This document shows positions 12,614-24,273 of a stretch of 64,000 nt of DNA, piece after piece. The DNA is from Zootoca vivipara (taxonomy: Eukaryota): the NCBI RefSeq assembly GCF_963506605.1, contig NC_083278.1, positions 63,860,001-63,924,000 of the forward strand. Reading direction: 5' to 3'. The notes under the pieces are model-generated. The model was given only the letters and a program-made list of their open reading frames with translations, was not told the DNA's origin and ran no database searches. The first letter of the stretch is position 1; each line of letters begins with the position of its first letter. Made by a program: the position numbers and the translations under genes.

Positions 12614-13961
12614 TGTCTATTGTCCTGTTCCTGAATTGAATGATGTCATGTTTCATTTAAGGCTCTTAGCGATGCCGACGACTGCATTTGGTGTGGGCAA
12701 TGAGAAAGTTGTGATTCAGGTTCCTGTGGAGCCTTTTGTGCATTAGGGTTTCGATAGCCGAAAGCTGACTCATGCAGTATTTCTACCAAAGGAGCTGAAT
12801 AGGCGAGTGAGACCATCTCATTTTACCTTAGTGCTGGAGTGAGGTGATTTGGGGGAACTGCTGCAGTTGGAGAATGCATTTATCTTCTATTACACACAGG
12901 TAGGTTGCAAGTTGTGCGAGGGAGCGTAAGGGGGAGAGAGAGAGAGAAGCTTGTCCGTTCACTGCGTAAGGAGCACTGAAGACATTCCACAGTGGTGAGA
13001 TACCGTTGCAGAGGACTTGCCTTTGGAACAGTGCTTGGGGACTCAAACGTGTTGTACGTTATGACAGAAGACTGTGTGATAGAGCCGGGTGGCTTATTTG
13101 AGCTTGGGAAACAAAAGGCAAACTGGTGGCTGAGTTTGTAGTTGCCTATGGGAATTTGGGGGTCTTTTGAAATGAGCCCATCATATGAAGTGCTTCATTG
13201 GCTGCAGGTTTTGCAGTTCTTGAATGGGTTGTTGAATATTTCTGGAGTGTGCTGAATTTGCTTTGTATGCTGTAATGAATACAGTTTTAGTGGCCCTGCT
13301 TGAAGACTGTGGAAGATGGTTGTGGTTTGTTTGTTCTTTACTACGTTGCAGCTAAGCTGTCCATGCTGCCTATGCAAAGTGCTGTTTGATGTCATCTGTG
13401 TTCGGGACAGAGTGCCGTATCTGTGTGGGAAGTTTCTGTGCCAGTAACATTTTGTCAAATTTCTGGACCAAAGAGCTTAGAGCACCTGTGAGTGTGTGCG
13501 CACTTTAAGGTGGTCAAGCTCTGGAGCATGTCGTCCTTACCTTTCAAATAAAATTTGATTACAACTTTTTACAAGCAACCTTTCTTGTGCAGCAGCATGA
13601 CCTTAATTGCTTAATAGCTCCCTAATTAAATTATTAAGAATGGAAATAGTTCAGATTAACATTTGATTTCATATGGAATAAATGATAATTATTTAGTGGT
13701 ATAATGCTGATTATGTGGATAATAATTTTAAAATTGAGTGGCCGACAGCATGAATCGTGTGCTTTAATGTGGGGTGCAGATGTTCCCATGTAGTTTCAGC
13801 TATTAGCATAAGGAATACAATTGGGTGTGAAGTCTCAAATGTGGCACTGTTAGATTTATCAAGCTACATGATTTTGACCTTTGAAACTGTCAGAAATAAA
13901 AGCTCTTTCAGCGATTGCTGTAAACATAACCATTGAAAGCATCAGCATCTCCTAAAATGCA

Positions 13962-14294
13962 TAAAGGGACCCCTGAGCATTAAGTCCAGTCGCGGACGAC
14001 TCTGGGGTTGCGCCGCTCATCTCACTTTAGTGGCCGAGGGAGCCAGCGTACAGCTTCTGGGTCATGTGGCCAGCATGACAAAGCCGCTTCTGGCAAACCA
14101 GAGCAGTGCACGGAAAGGCCATTTACCTTCCCGCCGGAGTGGTACCCATTTATCTACTTGCACTTTGACGTGCTTTTGAACTGCTAGGTTGGCAGGAGCT
14201 GGGACCGAGCAACGGGAGCTCACCCTGTCATGGGGATTGCCGACCTTCTGATCAGCAAGCTCTAGGCTCTGTGGTTTAACCCACAGTGCCACCC
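13962..14294 (-). mobile_element. Sauria SINE
   Basis: Reverse complement of the same family as 909-1234. Confidence 0.9.
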
Positions 14295-15156
14295 CTCATA
14301 ATGAACGGCAAAAACCTGAATATGGCATGCTTGATATCAAAACCTCATGTAGGTTAATATTGGACTATCAACCATGGGAAACTTATTTTTTTCATATTTG
14401 ATCTTGCAACATACAGTTTCTAGTACTAAAGTTACCTGTGAGTGCATTTCCCAGCCTTATATTGTAACACTGTCTCCTTAGTTCACTCTGTGCATTTGTT
14501 TGTGTTTAAAGTCTCTTGTTGGCATATCAGCGGTATGTGCCTTCACAGGCAGTAGGCCAGACAGGGTGGGGAGCTTAACTACATTTGTGGAAAGGTATGG
14601 GCAAGAAAGGGATCATGTTGCTGAAACACATTTATCTGCGAGTGTTGATAAACATGCAATTAGCCCTCTTTCCATTGCTTAGCTTGCACAAACCAAACCA
14701 AAGCCCTGTCAGTTGTAGATCTATGAAAGCAAATAGAGCTGGCATTCTTCCCCCTGCCCCAGTGCACAATAAAAGGGTGAAAATGGATTTAATGCTTGAT
14801 ATAGACCTGTTTCCCAAAATGCAGTCCTCTTGTTACCCACCTCCACTCCAGTATTATTTTGTCAGATTTACCCCAATACTTCCTTGCCTCTACAACTGGC
14901 AGCCAGTGATATGGAGCAGGGTGGCAGAATTTGGGAAAATGAAATGTTAAGCCTAACCAAATCTTATAAAGTAGGACAATTTGCTTGACACAGACAGCCA
15001 TTTTCTGCAGCAACCACATGTCAAGGACCTTGGGTATTTCCACTGAAATATGTTTTCTGCAGAGGTATGTACCACAGGATTACAGTGTTTAAAGGAATCT
15101 CATAGATCATAAAATGCAGCATCCTGTTCTTTTAGTCTAATGTTTATTAGAATTCT

Positions 15157-15497
15157 GAGGGACGCGGGTGGCGCTTTGGGTTAAACCACAGAGCCTAGGG
15201 CTTGCTGATCAGAAGATCGGCAGTTTGAATCCCCGCAACGGGGTGAGCTCCCGTTGATCTGTCCCTGCTCCTGCCCACCTAAAAGTTCGAAAGCACATCG
15301 AAGTGCAAGTAGATAAATAGGTACCGCTACAGCGGGAAGGTAAACGGTGTTTCCGTGTGCTGCTCTGGTTTGCCAGAAGCGGCTTTGTCATGCTGGTCAC
15401 AAGACCTGGAAGCTGTACGCCGGCTCCCTCGGCCAATAACACAAGATGAGTGCCGCAACCCCAGAGTCGGTCACAGGTCAGAGGTCCCTTTACCTTT
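15157..15497 (+). mobile_element. Sauria SINE
   Basis: Full-length copy; TSD TTTATTAGAATTCT at 15143-15156 and 15498-15511. Confidence 0.9.
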
Positions 15498-15895
15498 TTT
15501 ATTAGAATTCTAGATCTCCTTAAAGACTCACATTGGCAACAATTTATAACTGTAACATTATTTTTTGTAGCAAGTGTTGCCTCTATCCATTACCATTTGG
15601 CAGCAGACCTGGATATCCACGTGAACTAAGAATTTCAGTGTCACTTACTGCTTTCCCTTTGGCCAAGTCGCCCCTACTTAAAGGCCTCTAAGATATGACA
15701 AAAGAAAGGACCATTGCAGTATGCAGAAGGCCCCAGGCTAAATCCCTAGCATCTCCAGTTAAATGGTTGGGTTGCAGGGAATGGACTTCTGCCTGTGGCA
15801 TTAGAAAGATGCTGCCAATCACAGTAGACAACACTGAGCTACTTGACTAAATACTCTGGTCTGGCCTGACATAAGCAAGTTTCCTTTGCTACTAT

Positions 15896-16712
15896 GACCT
15901 TGAGAGTCATCTTATCCAACCCCCTGCAATGCAGGAATCTCAACTGGATCATGCATGAACGATAGCCATCCAACTTCAGCTTAAAAACCTCCAAGGAAGG
16001 AGAGTCACCACCTCTTATTGGTGTCTGTTCCACTGTTGAACATCTCTTACCGTCAGAAAGTTCTTCCTGGTGTTTAGTCTGAATCTCATTTCTTGTAACT
16101 TGAATCCATTGGTTCAGGACCTACCCTCCAGAGCTTGCTCCATCCTCTATGTGACAGCACTTTAGATATTTAAAGATGGCTATCATATTTTCTCCCAGTC
16201 TTCTCTTTTCCAGGCTAAACATACCCTATTCCCTCAGCTGTTCTTCATAAGGCTTGGTTTCCAGCCTCTTTATCATCTTGGTTGCCCTGCTCTGCACACA
16301 TTCCAGCTTGTTAATATCCTTAAATTGTGGTGCCTAGAACTGAACACAATACTCCAGGTATGGTCTGACCAAGGCAAAATAGAGTGGTACTATTGCTTCC
16401 CTTGATTGGGACACTATATTTCTGTTGATGCAGCCTAGAATAGCTTTCCCCCACTGCTGCATCACACTGGTGACACATATTAAGCTTGTGGTCTACTAAG
16501 ACCTCTAGATCCTGTTCACATGTACTACTGGCAAGCCATGTGTCCCCCAGTATATTTGTGCAGCCTAAGTGTAGAACCTTACATTTGTCCTTATTGAAAT
16601 TCATTTTGTTAGTTTTGACCCACTTCTCCAATCTGTTAAGGTCATCTTTAATGCAGCATTGGTTACCCCTCCCAGTTTGGTGTCATCTGCAAGTTCGATG
16701 AACATCTCCTCA
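15896..16712 (-). mobile_element. CR1 LINE 3' fragment
   Basis: Minus-strand RT C-terminal motifs [43 protein letters not shown]; frameshifted. Confidence 0.88.
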
Positions 16713-16799
16713 ATACCTGTTAGTCTTAAATTTTTTAGACACAGCTTTGTAATATTCAAATCCCATGAATTTGGCTGCAGAGCTTTCATGCTCTTAAAC

Positions 16800-16932
16800 C
16801 AGTGATGGGGAACCTGTGGCCCTCCAGATGTTGCTATATAGTATACCTTCCACCACCCTTGACCATTCACCATGCTAGCTGATGAGAGCTGGAGTCCAGC
16901 AACATCTGCAGGTCTCAGGTTCTCCATCCCTG
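16800..16932. mobile_element. Short hAT MITE (URR1-like), diverged
   Basis: Related to 11475-11609; TSD TCTTAAAC/TCCTAAAC. Confidence 0.7.
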
Positions 16933-17556
16933 TCCTAAACCCTGGGTCAAGGTCCTCTAACTTGAAGGCTTTTAAGAGCAGAGCACATTACAACTTAATT
17001 AAAGCTAAGTGGTTATAAAAAAATGATCAAGATCTCACATTGCATAATATCTTCCTTTTTGCTTGAATTGCCTTAAATTTGGCCCCCTCTGAGGATTCTT
17101 TGCTTCTTTTTCTGTAGTTTATATTACTGAACTGTGCTGTGTTGACAAAGTAAACATGACTTACTAGTTCATTCAGGTTATCTGTAAGTGAGACAGCATA
17201 TCAGTGAAACAGGAAGAAAGACTACAAAGTGATTGAAAGAAACAGGAACTCTTTCTGCCTCAGCTAAGGCAGCTAATCAGGTGTCCTTTGTCACAGATTT
17301 TAAGTTATACGTCTTTGTGATAAATTAACGGAAGACTTTCCCAGTTATCTTATTTATCCAGGTTTCAAGCCAGTCTAAATCTGCAGTGTATTTTTATTCT
17401 GGTTTTAGTGGTGTTTTTAATGCTGATAACACACATAAATATTTCTTTATCAGAAACCAAGGAAGATTACTCCTTTTTCACTGAAGCTGCATATACTAAT
17501 TTTTGTAATAATTTTAATTGCTAATCACAAACACATTATATTTGTATTATTTCTTG

Positions 17557-17559
<3 letters not shown>

Positions 17560-17637
<78 letters not shown>
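17560..17637. repeat. (AG)n microsatellite
   Basis: Direct. Confidence 0.98.
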
Positions 17638-17639
<2 letters not shown>

Positions 17640-17752
17640 GTGCAAGAGTGCAATGGTGAGGCTTAATGGATCATCATAGCCACAGCCATCCTTCTACAGC
17701 TTTACTGCTAGCACCAGCCAGGGCAGAGTGTGGAGAACAGAGACTGCTCTGC

Positions 17753-17915
17753 CAGGGCCGCCTCAAGCAAGTCGGGCGCCCTGGCGCTGAGGCACGGAGA
17801 TCGCTCCCCCGCCCGCACAGTGCGACTTCTGCGCGGCTTCGCTGCAAGCACCCCCCCTGCCGGCCCGGCACCCTGGCGCCCCGCGCCACCGGGACCTTAC
17901 CTAGAGCCGGGCCTG
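17753..17915. mobile_element. GC-rich hAT MITE (CAGGGCCG termini)
   Basis: CAGGGCCG...CCGGGCCTG; TSD TGCTCTGC/TGCTTTGC. Confidence 0.8.
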
Positions 17916-18569
17916 TGCTTTGCTGTGCCAGCTCCCAGTCTAGTGCAGCAAAGGGACTCAGATCACTTCTATTGCTTGATTGCATATGGGCAGATCCTGT
18001 GCTGGATCAGCCCTTCTCTGAAAACACTTCATTTCAGTGGTAGTGTCTTCCTAATACCTCCAAACCCACTCCAATATGGTGGATCAGGGTTTTTGCTTAC
18101 TCAGTTGCAGTAAAAAATGAGAAAGTGTTGCCCGCACCTTAAAGTCTTCACAAATTTATTATTTAAGTACATATATTCCTCTTCTCCCTCCCCTTTTAAA
18201 TTAAAGTATGAAAACCTAATGAATTTGTAATGTCACTGTGAACAGGCTAAGCAATTGCTTACACATGTAAAATAGAAGATATGCCCAGTAAATAGTATGC
18301 TAAGAGATCTTCAGCTGTCTAATTTGAGTGTTCCTTCTCCAAACAAGAGGGGTGGAATATAATCTCATCCTCATATAGAAAGATAAAACTTAAATCTGAA
18401 AGCTCTCCTGTCCGCATACAGTATCAAGAAGGAAAGAGAGAGAAAAAGAGTATAGTACAGTGGAAAACATACAAGGCGGTTCTACAAACCAGTTTATAAC
18501 AGTTACTAGCCCACCAAATGTTTCACTTGCTTATTCGCCAACTTACTGAAGCTTCCCTTACCTGTAAGG

Positions 18570-18844
18570 CAGTGGTGTCCAAACTTTTTTCAAAGAGGGC
18601 CATATTTGATGAAGTAAAGAGCCGTGAGGGCCGACCACAGTTGTTAACCTGTTTTTAGGATTGAAGTTGTTGGGCTTTTTTTTTTACTATTGAAGTTTTT
18701 GAGCTTTTTTTTTTTAAAAAAAGATTGAAGTTCTTGAGGGTTTTTTTTTAGGATTTTACCCCAGGAAATAAACTGCCACAGGGGCCAGATGAAACCGACT
18801 GGTGGGCCGCATTTGGCCCGTGAAACGGAATTTGGACATGCCTG
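18570..18844. mobile_element. hAT MITE
   Basis: CAGTGGTGTCCAAA...TTTGGACATGCCTG; perfect TSD CTGTAAGG. Confidence 0.85.
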
Positions 18845-19203
18845 CTGTAAGGTATGCTTTCTCAGTACAAGTAATCAGTCAAATGGCTGTTTATATAGGC
18901 CTGAAGGAAGTGTCTAGGGAGAGACTCTAGGGAAGTTGGTTTATTATAGTAAATTGGGACTGTGAGTGATGATTTCAAATAGCTGTCAAAGGTAAGCAGG
19001 TTGGAGTCTCCCTTTTTTGGGAGGAGACTCAATGATAATGACACTTTATAACAAAGGCTTTGTTTCTTTTTCCTCCCCTTAAAGATGGCTACCATTTGCC
19101 TCTTGCCGTGCTGCCTCCTGTGATGGTAGGCACGACCCCCAAGACAACAGGGGAGAGCCTGCACAGAGAAGACGGACACTTCCACTACTGTGGGATTAAG
19201 ACC

Positions 19204-19623
19204 ATGGAACTGTCAGACAGTGACCGTCCTGTTAGCTTCAGCTCCACCTCATCTTCTGCATCCTCCAGGGATAGCCACTGTTCCTTTGGCAGCAGAACAA
19301 CACTCGTTTCAAACAATCACCTGGGCTTATTCAACCAGGATAAGGAAACAGGGGCCATAAAGCTAGAGCTGAGCCCGGCCCAACGATTTTCCAGCAAGGA
19401 GCTGAGTAAAAACAACCCCCCAAAGGAGCAGACCTCTGACGGAAGTCTTGGGAGAAGGCCAAGTATGCCACGGAGAGCTGAATCTAAGGAAAGTAGCAGA
19501 AACTGTGTCATGTCCTTGATTGCTGAGCCTCCAAGCCCAAAGCTCCTGTACGTTGACAGAGTGGTCCAAGAAATCCTGGAGACAGAGAGGACGTATGTGC
19601 AGGATTTAAAAAGTATTATGAAG
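19204..19623 (+). CDS. PLEKHG1: PLEKHG1 coding exon 1 (exon acceptor at 19085, ATG at 19204), N-terminus and start of DH domain
   Basis: Pyrimidine tract plus aag|19085; strong Kozak accATGg; [25 protein letters not shown]...[28 protein letters not shown]; donor AAG|gtaagt, phase 0. Confidence 0.95.
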
Positions 19624-22600
19624 GTAAGTGGATCACTCTTAAACTCTAATGGGATAGACAATGTGCAAAATAAATCCTCTTGCAAACAATACCAAGAGCA
19701 TGTGGCTTTATTGCAAGTCTTGCACTAAATTGGTATGCTGTGGTGGGCAGCTCAGCCAGCTTTCTGTGCATGAATAAATGCTCTGTCAGTTATGCTATTG
19801 GGGCAGCAGCATAATTCCTATCTGTAGAGGCGTCTTCCTGGACAGGCAATATGAATTGCTGGTAGTAGCTCCAGTAGTAGCGTTTTACAAAAATCATTCA
19901 TTGTTTGCTAGATATTTTCTCTTGGATAGTTTTGCCCCCCAATCCATTTCTCTTTGTCATTAGGGTTTATAAAACGGCTCCTGTTCCAATGTTCATGGAA
20001 TCGCTCGTGAATCCGGTATCTGTAATTTCCTTTGAATCGCTACTGTTTCTCTAAAATGGTACTTGGTATTCAGAGCTGTTTTCTGCTATCATCACCCACA
20101 GCAAAGATGTTGGGATGTTCACACACACCATGTTTTCCTCATTATGTGGAGCTAGTGAAAGGTGCTCCTACTTTTAGGTGCAGCAGTGGGCCTCCAGCCA
20201 CAAGGAAATTGTAAACCTTGAGTGGCCAAGGGAGATGGAACTCTACCAGTGACTAGAAACATCCCGCCTCTGCTGAGTATTAATACCACACTTATCACAT
20301 CCAGTTCTCTCTATGATCAAACAAATGTGGAATTTGAATGTTCTTTTTGGTAGAATGTGGAATTCTTGAATGTGTGACCAGCTCTTCCAAATGTTCCCCT
20401 GTCCATGCTCCTAGGTGAACTATATTTTATTTATTGCTTTGTCAGTTTTGGCCTCCTGTCCAGTGCAGACACAAATCATAGAGACAAACACATAATCTGG
20501 AAATCTTATAATGTGTAGCTTCGGGCAATTCTCTCTGTTAAGTACATCACTAATCCGGAAAAGAAAATACTAGTCTGATGATGACACAAAAAAGCAGACA
20601 GCAAAGCAAAAAAGATTATCAAGGTTTGATATACAAAGGCATGTTTTCTTTTAAAAAATTAATTCCGAGAAACAAGTCTTTTCCTGCACAGTTGCATTAG
20701 GTTCTTTAACTGCTGGTTTATAGTAAAAATCACCTATACGGAAGGCATTTTAAAGGTTCTTAAACCAGAATTAAATAAAACTGCTAAAGGAAGCAATTGT
20801 TATGTGCAACATACTTGTCCTGCATAGATCTGAATAGGGTTTAGAAATTTCAATACAGGTGCTAACCCAGTTTTCAAATCTTCTTATTTTCACAATAAAA
20901 ACAGTGTTTACTAACTTATAGAACATAAAATAACTGCCAGTTTTTCAGTTGGAAACATGAGCGCATGTTAAGAGATACCATTGGTAACCTCCAGTGCTGA
21001 ATATTGGAGAATTTTGTTTTTGAAATAATACTATATTTGGTTTAAGCTGCAATCTTACATTCCCTTCCCAAGTAGCCCTGAGAAAGGGGTACAATGCTTC
21101 TCTGCCAGTGGAGAGGGAGGCTCACAGGCACTACTATTTCTGGAAGACGCCGCCTTATCCAAATTATGGGAATTTCTGCTGGTTTTGATGCCCTTCTGGC
21201 AGTGTTGCAGCATGCAGGGGACAAAACATCCTGCAGCAGCTCATCAAGGCTTAGGGCAGCTTAGACACGTTTGAATTACAGGGGTCTGTATCCTTCAGGG
21301 CTCACAATTTGGCTTTGCTCTCTCCTTCCCACTTTGACCTTTCAGTTCCCCTTCTGTCTCTTTTTAAACAGTGGGGAGGCTGCAAAAGGAAAGAGGCAGG
21401 TGAAGCTTGAATGGGTGACCTTCTGTGTCCTAAACAATATCACCAATTCCTCCCGCAATTTTAGTGCTTCCTGCTAAGATTAATTTATGTAATTGTAGAT
21501 TCATTTCTCACTAGCTTTCTACTCAGAAGTGACTCTCAATTTACTCTAAAACTATATTTTAGTTAAACCACAGAGCCTAGGGCTTCCTGATCACAAGATC
21601 GGCGGTTTGAATCCCCGCGACGGGGTGAGCTCCCGTTGCTCAGTCCCTGCTCCTGCCAACCTAGCAGTTTGAAAGCATGCAGTGCAAGTAGATAAATAGG
21701 TACCACTCCGGCAGGAAGGTAAACCGTGTTTCTGTGTGCTGCTCTGGTTTGCCAGAAGCGACTTAGTCATGCTGGCCACATGACTCGGAAGCTGTACGCC
21801 GGCTCCCTCAGCCAGTAAAGCGAGATGTGTGCCGCAACCCCAGAGTCGTCCGCGACTGGACCTAACGGTCAGGGGTCCCTTTACCTTTACCTATATTTTC
21901 TTGAGATTCTAATGGAAGGTAGGAACATATTTGGCATAAAGGAAGGGTCATAATTTTAGAACTGGTTTATTACAGATTTCCATGAGAATTAAATACACCT
22001 TTTGGTGGTATCCCTTTTCTGCCCCTTCTTATTTTTGAGGAGTAGTTAAGAATTGGAGTAGCTATAAGCATGCTCAGATAGAGACTGGGAAGAACATAGT
22101 GTCTCGAGCTTTTGTACATGAGCTGAGATTTTTGAAACGTTCCTCAGTTACTGATGTTGAAGACACCACGTGGCTTTTAAAAGGCCATGTCTGAAAAAAA
22201 CGTTGCAATGACTGTTCTTGCTTTCTAGCTGTTAGCTGATGCCCCTGCTGAGGAGTTTTAGTAAATGTGGCATGTGGGTAGTGCCTTACATGGTTGCCAA
22301 TATTAACGGCGGTCTCACTACACGATTCCTCTTGTTTTGGGGCTTCTTTCCCTCTGACTTCCTAAAAGAGTACAACTCTACTCCCTTTTTTCTATGCTGT
22401 CTCATATTTGGGGTCAATTATCATTCTTAGGAATTTACTTTGTCCATGCAGCATGCTTTATCCCAGAAAGTAGTCTCTAGAGCAAGCAAAAATGCAGGGC
22501 AGTGTCTGCCCTGTGGCAATCAGCTTGACTTTGTCAGAAGCAGCTAAAATGTTAGAGGCTTTACCTTCGCTTTGGCCTCCTGGGAAGGCAGTCATGAACA

Positions 22601-24233
22601 TGCTTAGCTTTATGACAAGTGGTATAATCATCTAGTAGCTAATTAGAAGTAAGATGGCATTCTCCATGGTGTGATTAAAGAATTTCATATCACCTGGAAA
22701 AGGAAGGACTGCTTATTGTGGCCACGGAATCCTGTCTCCCAGCTCACATTTTCTCTCTGAACATATACACAGTTCAAAAGACTAGGTGCACACTTGAATA
22801 ATGATGCCCTTCAAAGTCACAGGCCCATTACAACATATGCAGAGGTAGGCATTACTGTTTTTCAAGGGCAGTTGAGCCTTAAAAAAAAAATTTGCTGACA
22901 AGGTTGTATGAAATCTGTCGGACGGAGAAGCAAACACAGATTGATAGGTATATCCTCTAGCACAGGGGTTCACAGACTACGGCCCGTGGGCCGGATGCGG
23001 CCCAATTGGCCTCCCAATCCGGCCCGCGGTGACCCCTGCCGTCCGCTGCTGCCGCTCGCTCTTACGGCACGCAGCACGGCGGCGCTCTTCCGGGTCAGAA
23101 AAAAGCACCGAAAATCATTTGTGCGCATGCGTATGGGCCTCTCCTGACCCAGAAGAGGTCATTTCCGGTGCACTTCCGGGTTGGGGGAGGCCCATACGCA
23201 TGCGCACAAACGATTTCCGGCGCTTTTTCCGACCTGGAAGCGCGCCACCGCACCAGTAAGTGTGTGCACGCATGCGCACGGGCGCGCACTTCCCCCGCCC
23301 TCCGGCCCAAAGCCAGGTAAGTCTGGGGACCCCTGCTCTAGCAGTACTAGACTCAGGTGTTCCATTTGCCCTGTGTTCCATGAATTGTGTGGTGTTGTTT
23401 TTAAGACAGCTTAGAAAATTTAAGACGAACCCCATTCATTCTTAACCGAGATTTTGAACTGTTTCAAAACCTGGTTTCAAAGTTTGGTGCGCTCATGGCT
23501 TAGGGGTGGCTAATCTTAGAAGCTGCTGGCAGCTCCCTTTGTTCCTAACCATCCTGGCTGGGGCTGATGGGATCCCAGCAATGTTTGGGAGAGCCCCAGG
23601 TTAGCAATTTCTGCCATAGCCCTATTCAAGCATTAAAGGGGTGCTATGATGAGGGAGAGAGTGAATGTAGTCATTGACCTCCAACACTGAGGTGTCCCTG
23701 CCACCCAACCAAGCCACCTCCCACATGTTAGAGGGTGAGGGTCTTCAGCAAGGACCCTGCTATACTCATGGGGTACTCCTTGCTCATGCAGGGATTTAAA
23801 TACAGCAGGCTCCCCACAGGACACCCTCTGCAATGCAGAGTAGCAGTGACTGAAAGGGGCATAACCTGCTAGTGCAGGAATGAGGAAACACCAGCCTGTC
23901 AGTCAGTCTCTGCCTACCATGTTGTTTCCGCACAGTGATGTCAGCCAATGGAGAACAGGGTTTAATCCTGCATTGGCTGTATGCCCTTGAAGTGTTAGTG
24001 ATGATTAACATTGATGACCATATGATTCTTAGACATCATTACAAGTTGTGTTCCAATGTAATTTTACTGCTCAGTGATTAGGTTGGTGTGTAGCTGTCGG
24101 GGTGGGGGGTGAGCTTGGAGTATTGCTCCAGGTCAAGCACCACTGGGGAGGAGATAGCTGCATCATTCCAGATCTTGGGTGTTTTTCCGTTTCTGCCTCG
24201 GTTGGCAGAAACTCAGCAAAACTGGATCTTTGT

Positions 24234-24273
<40 letters not shown>

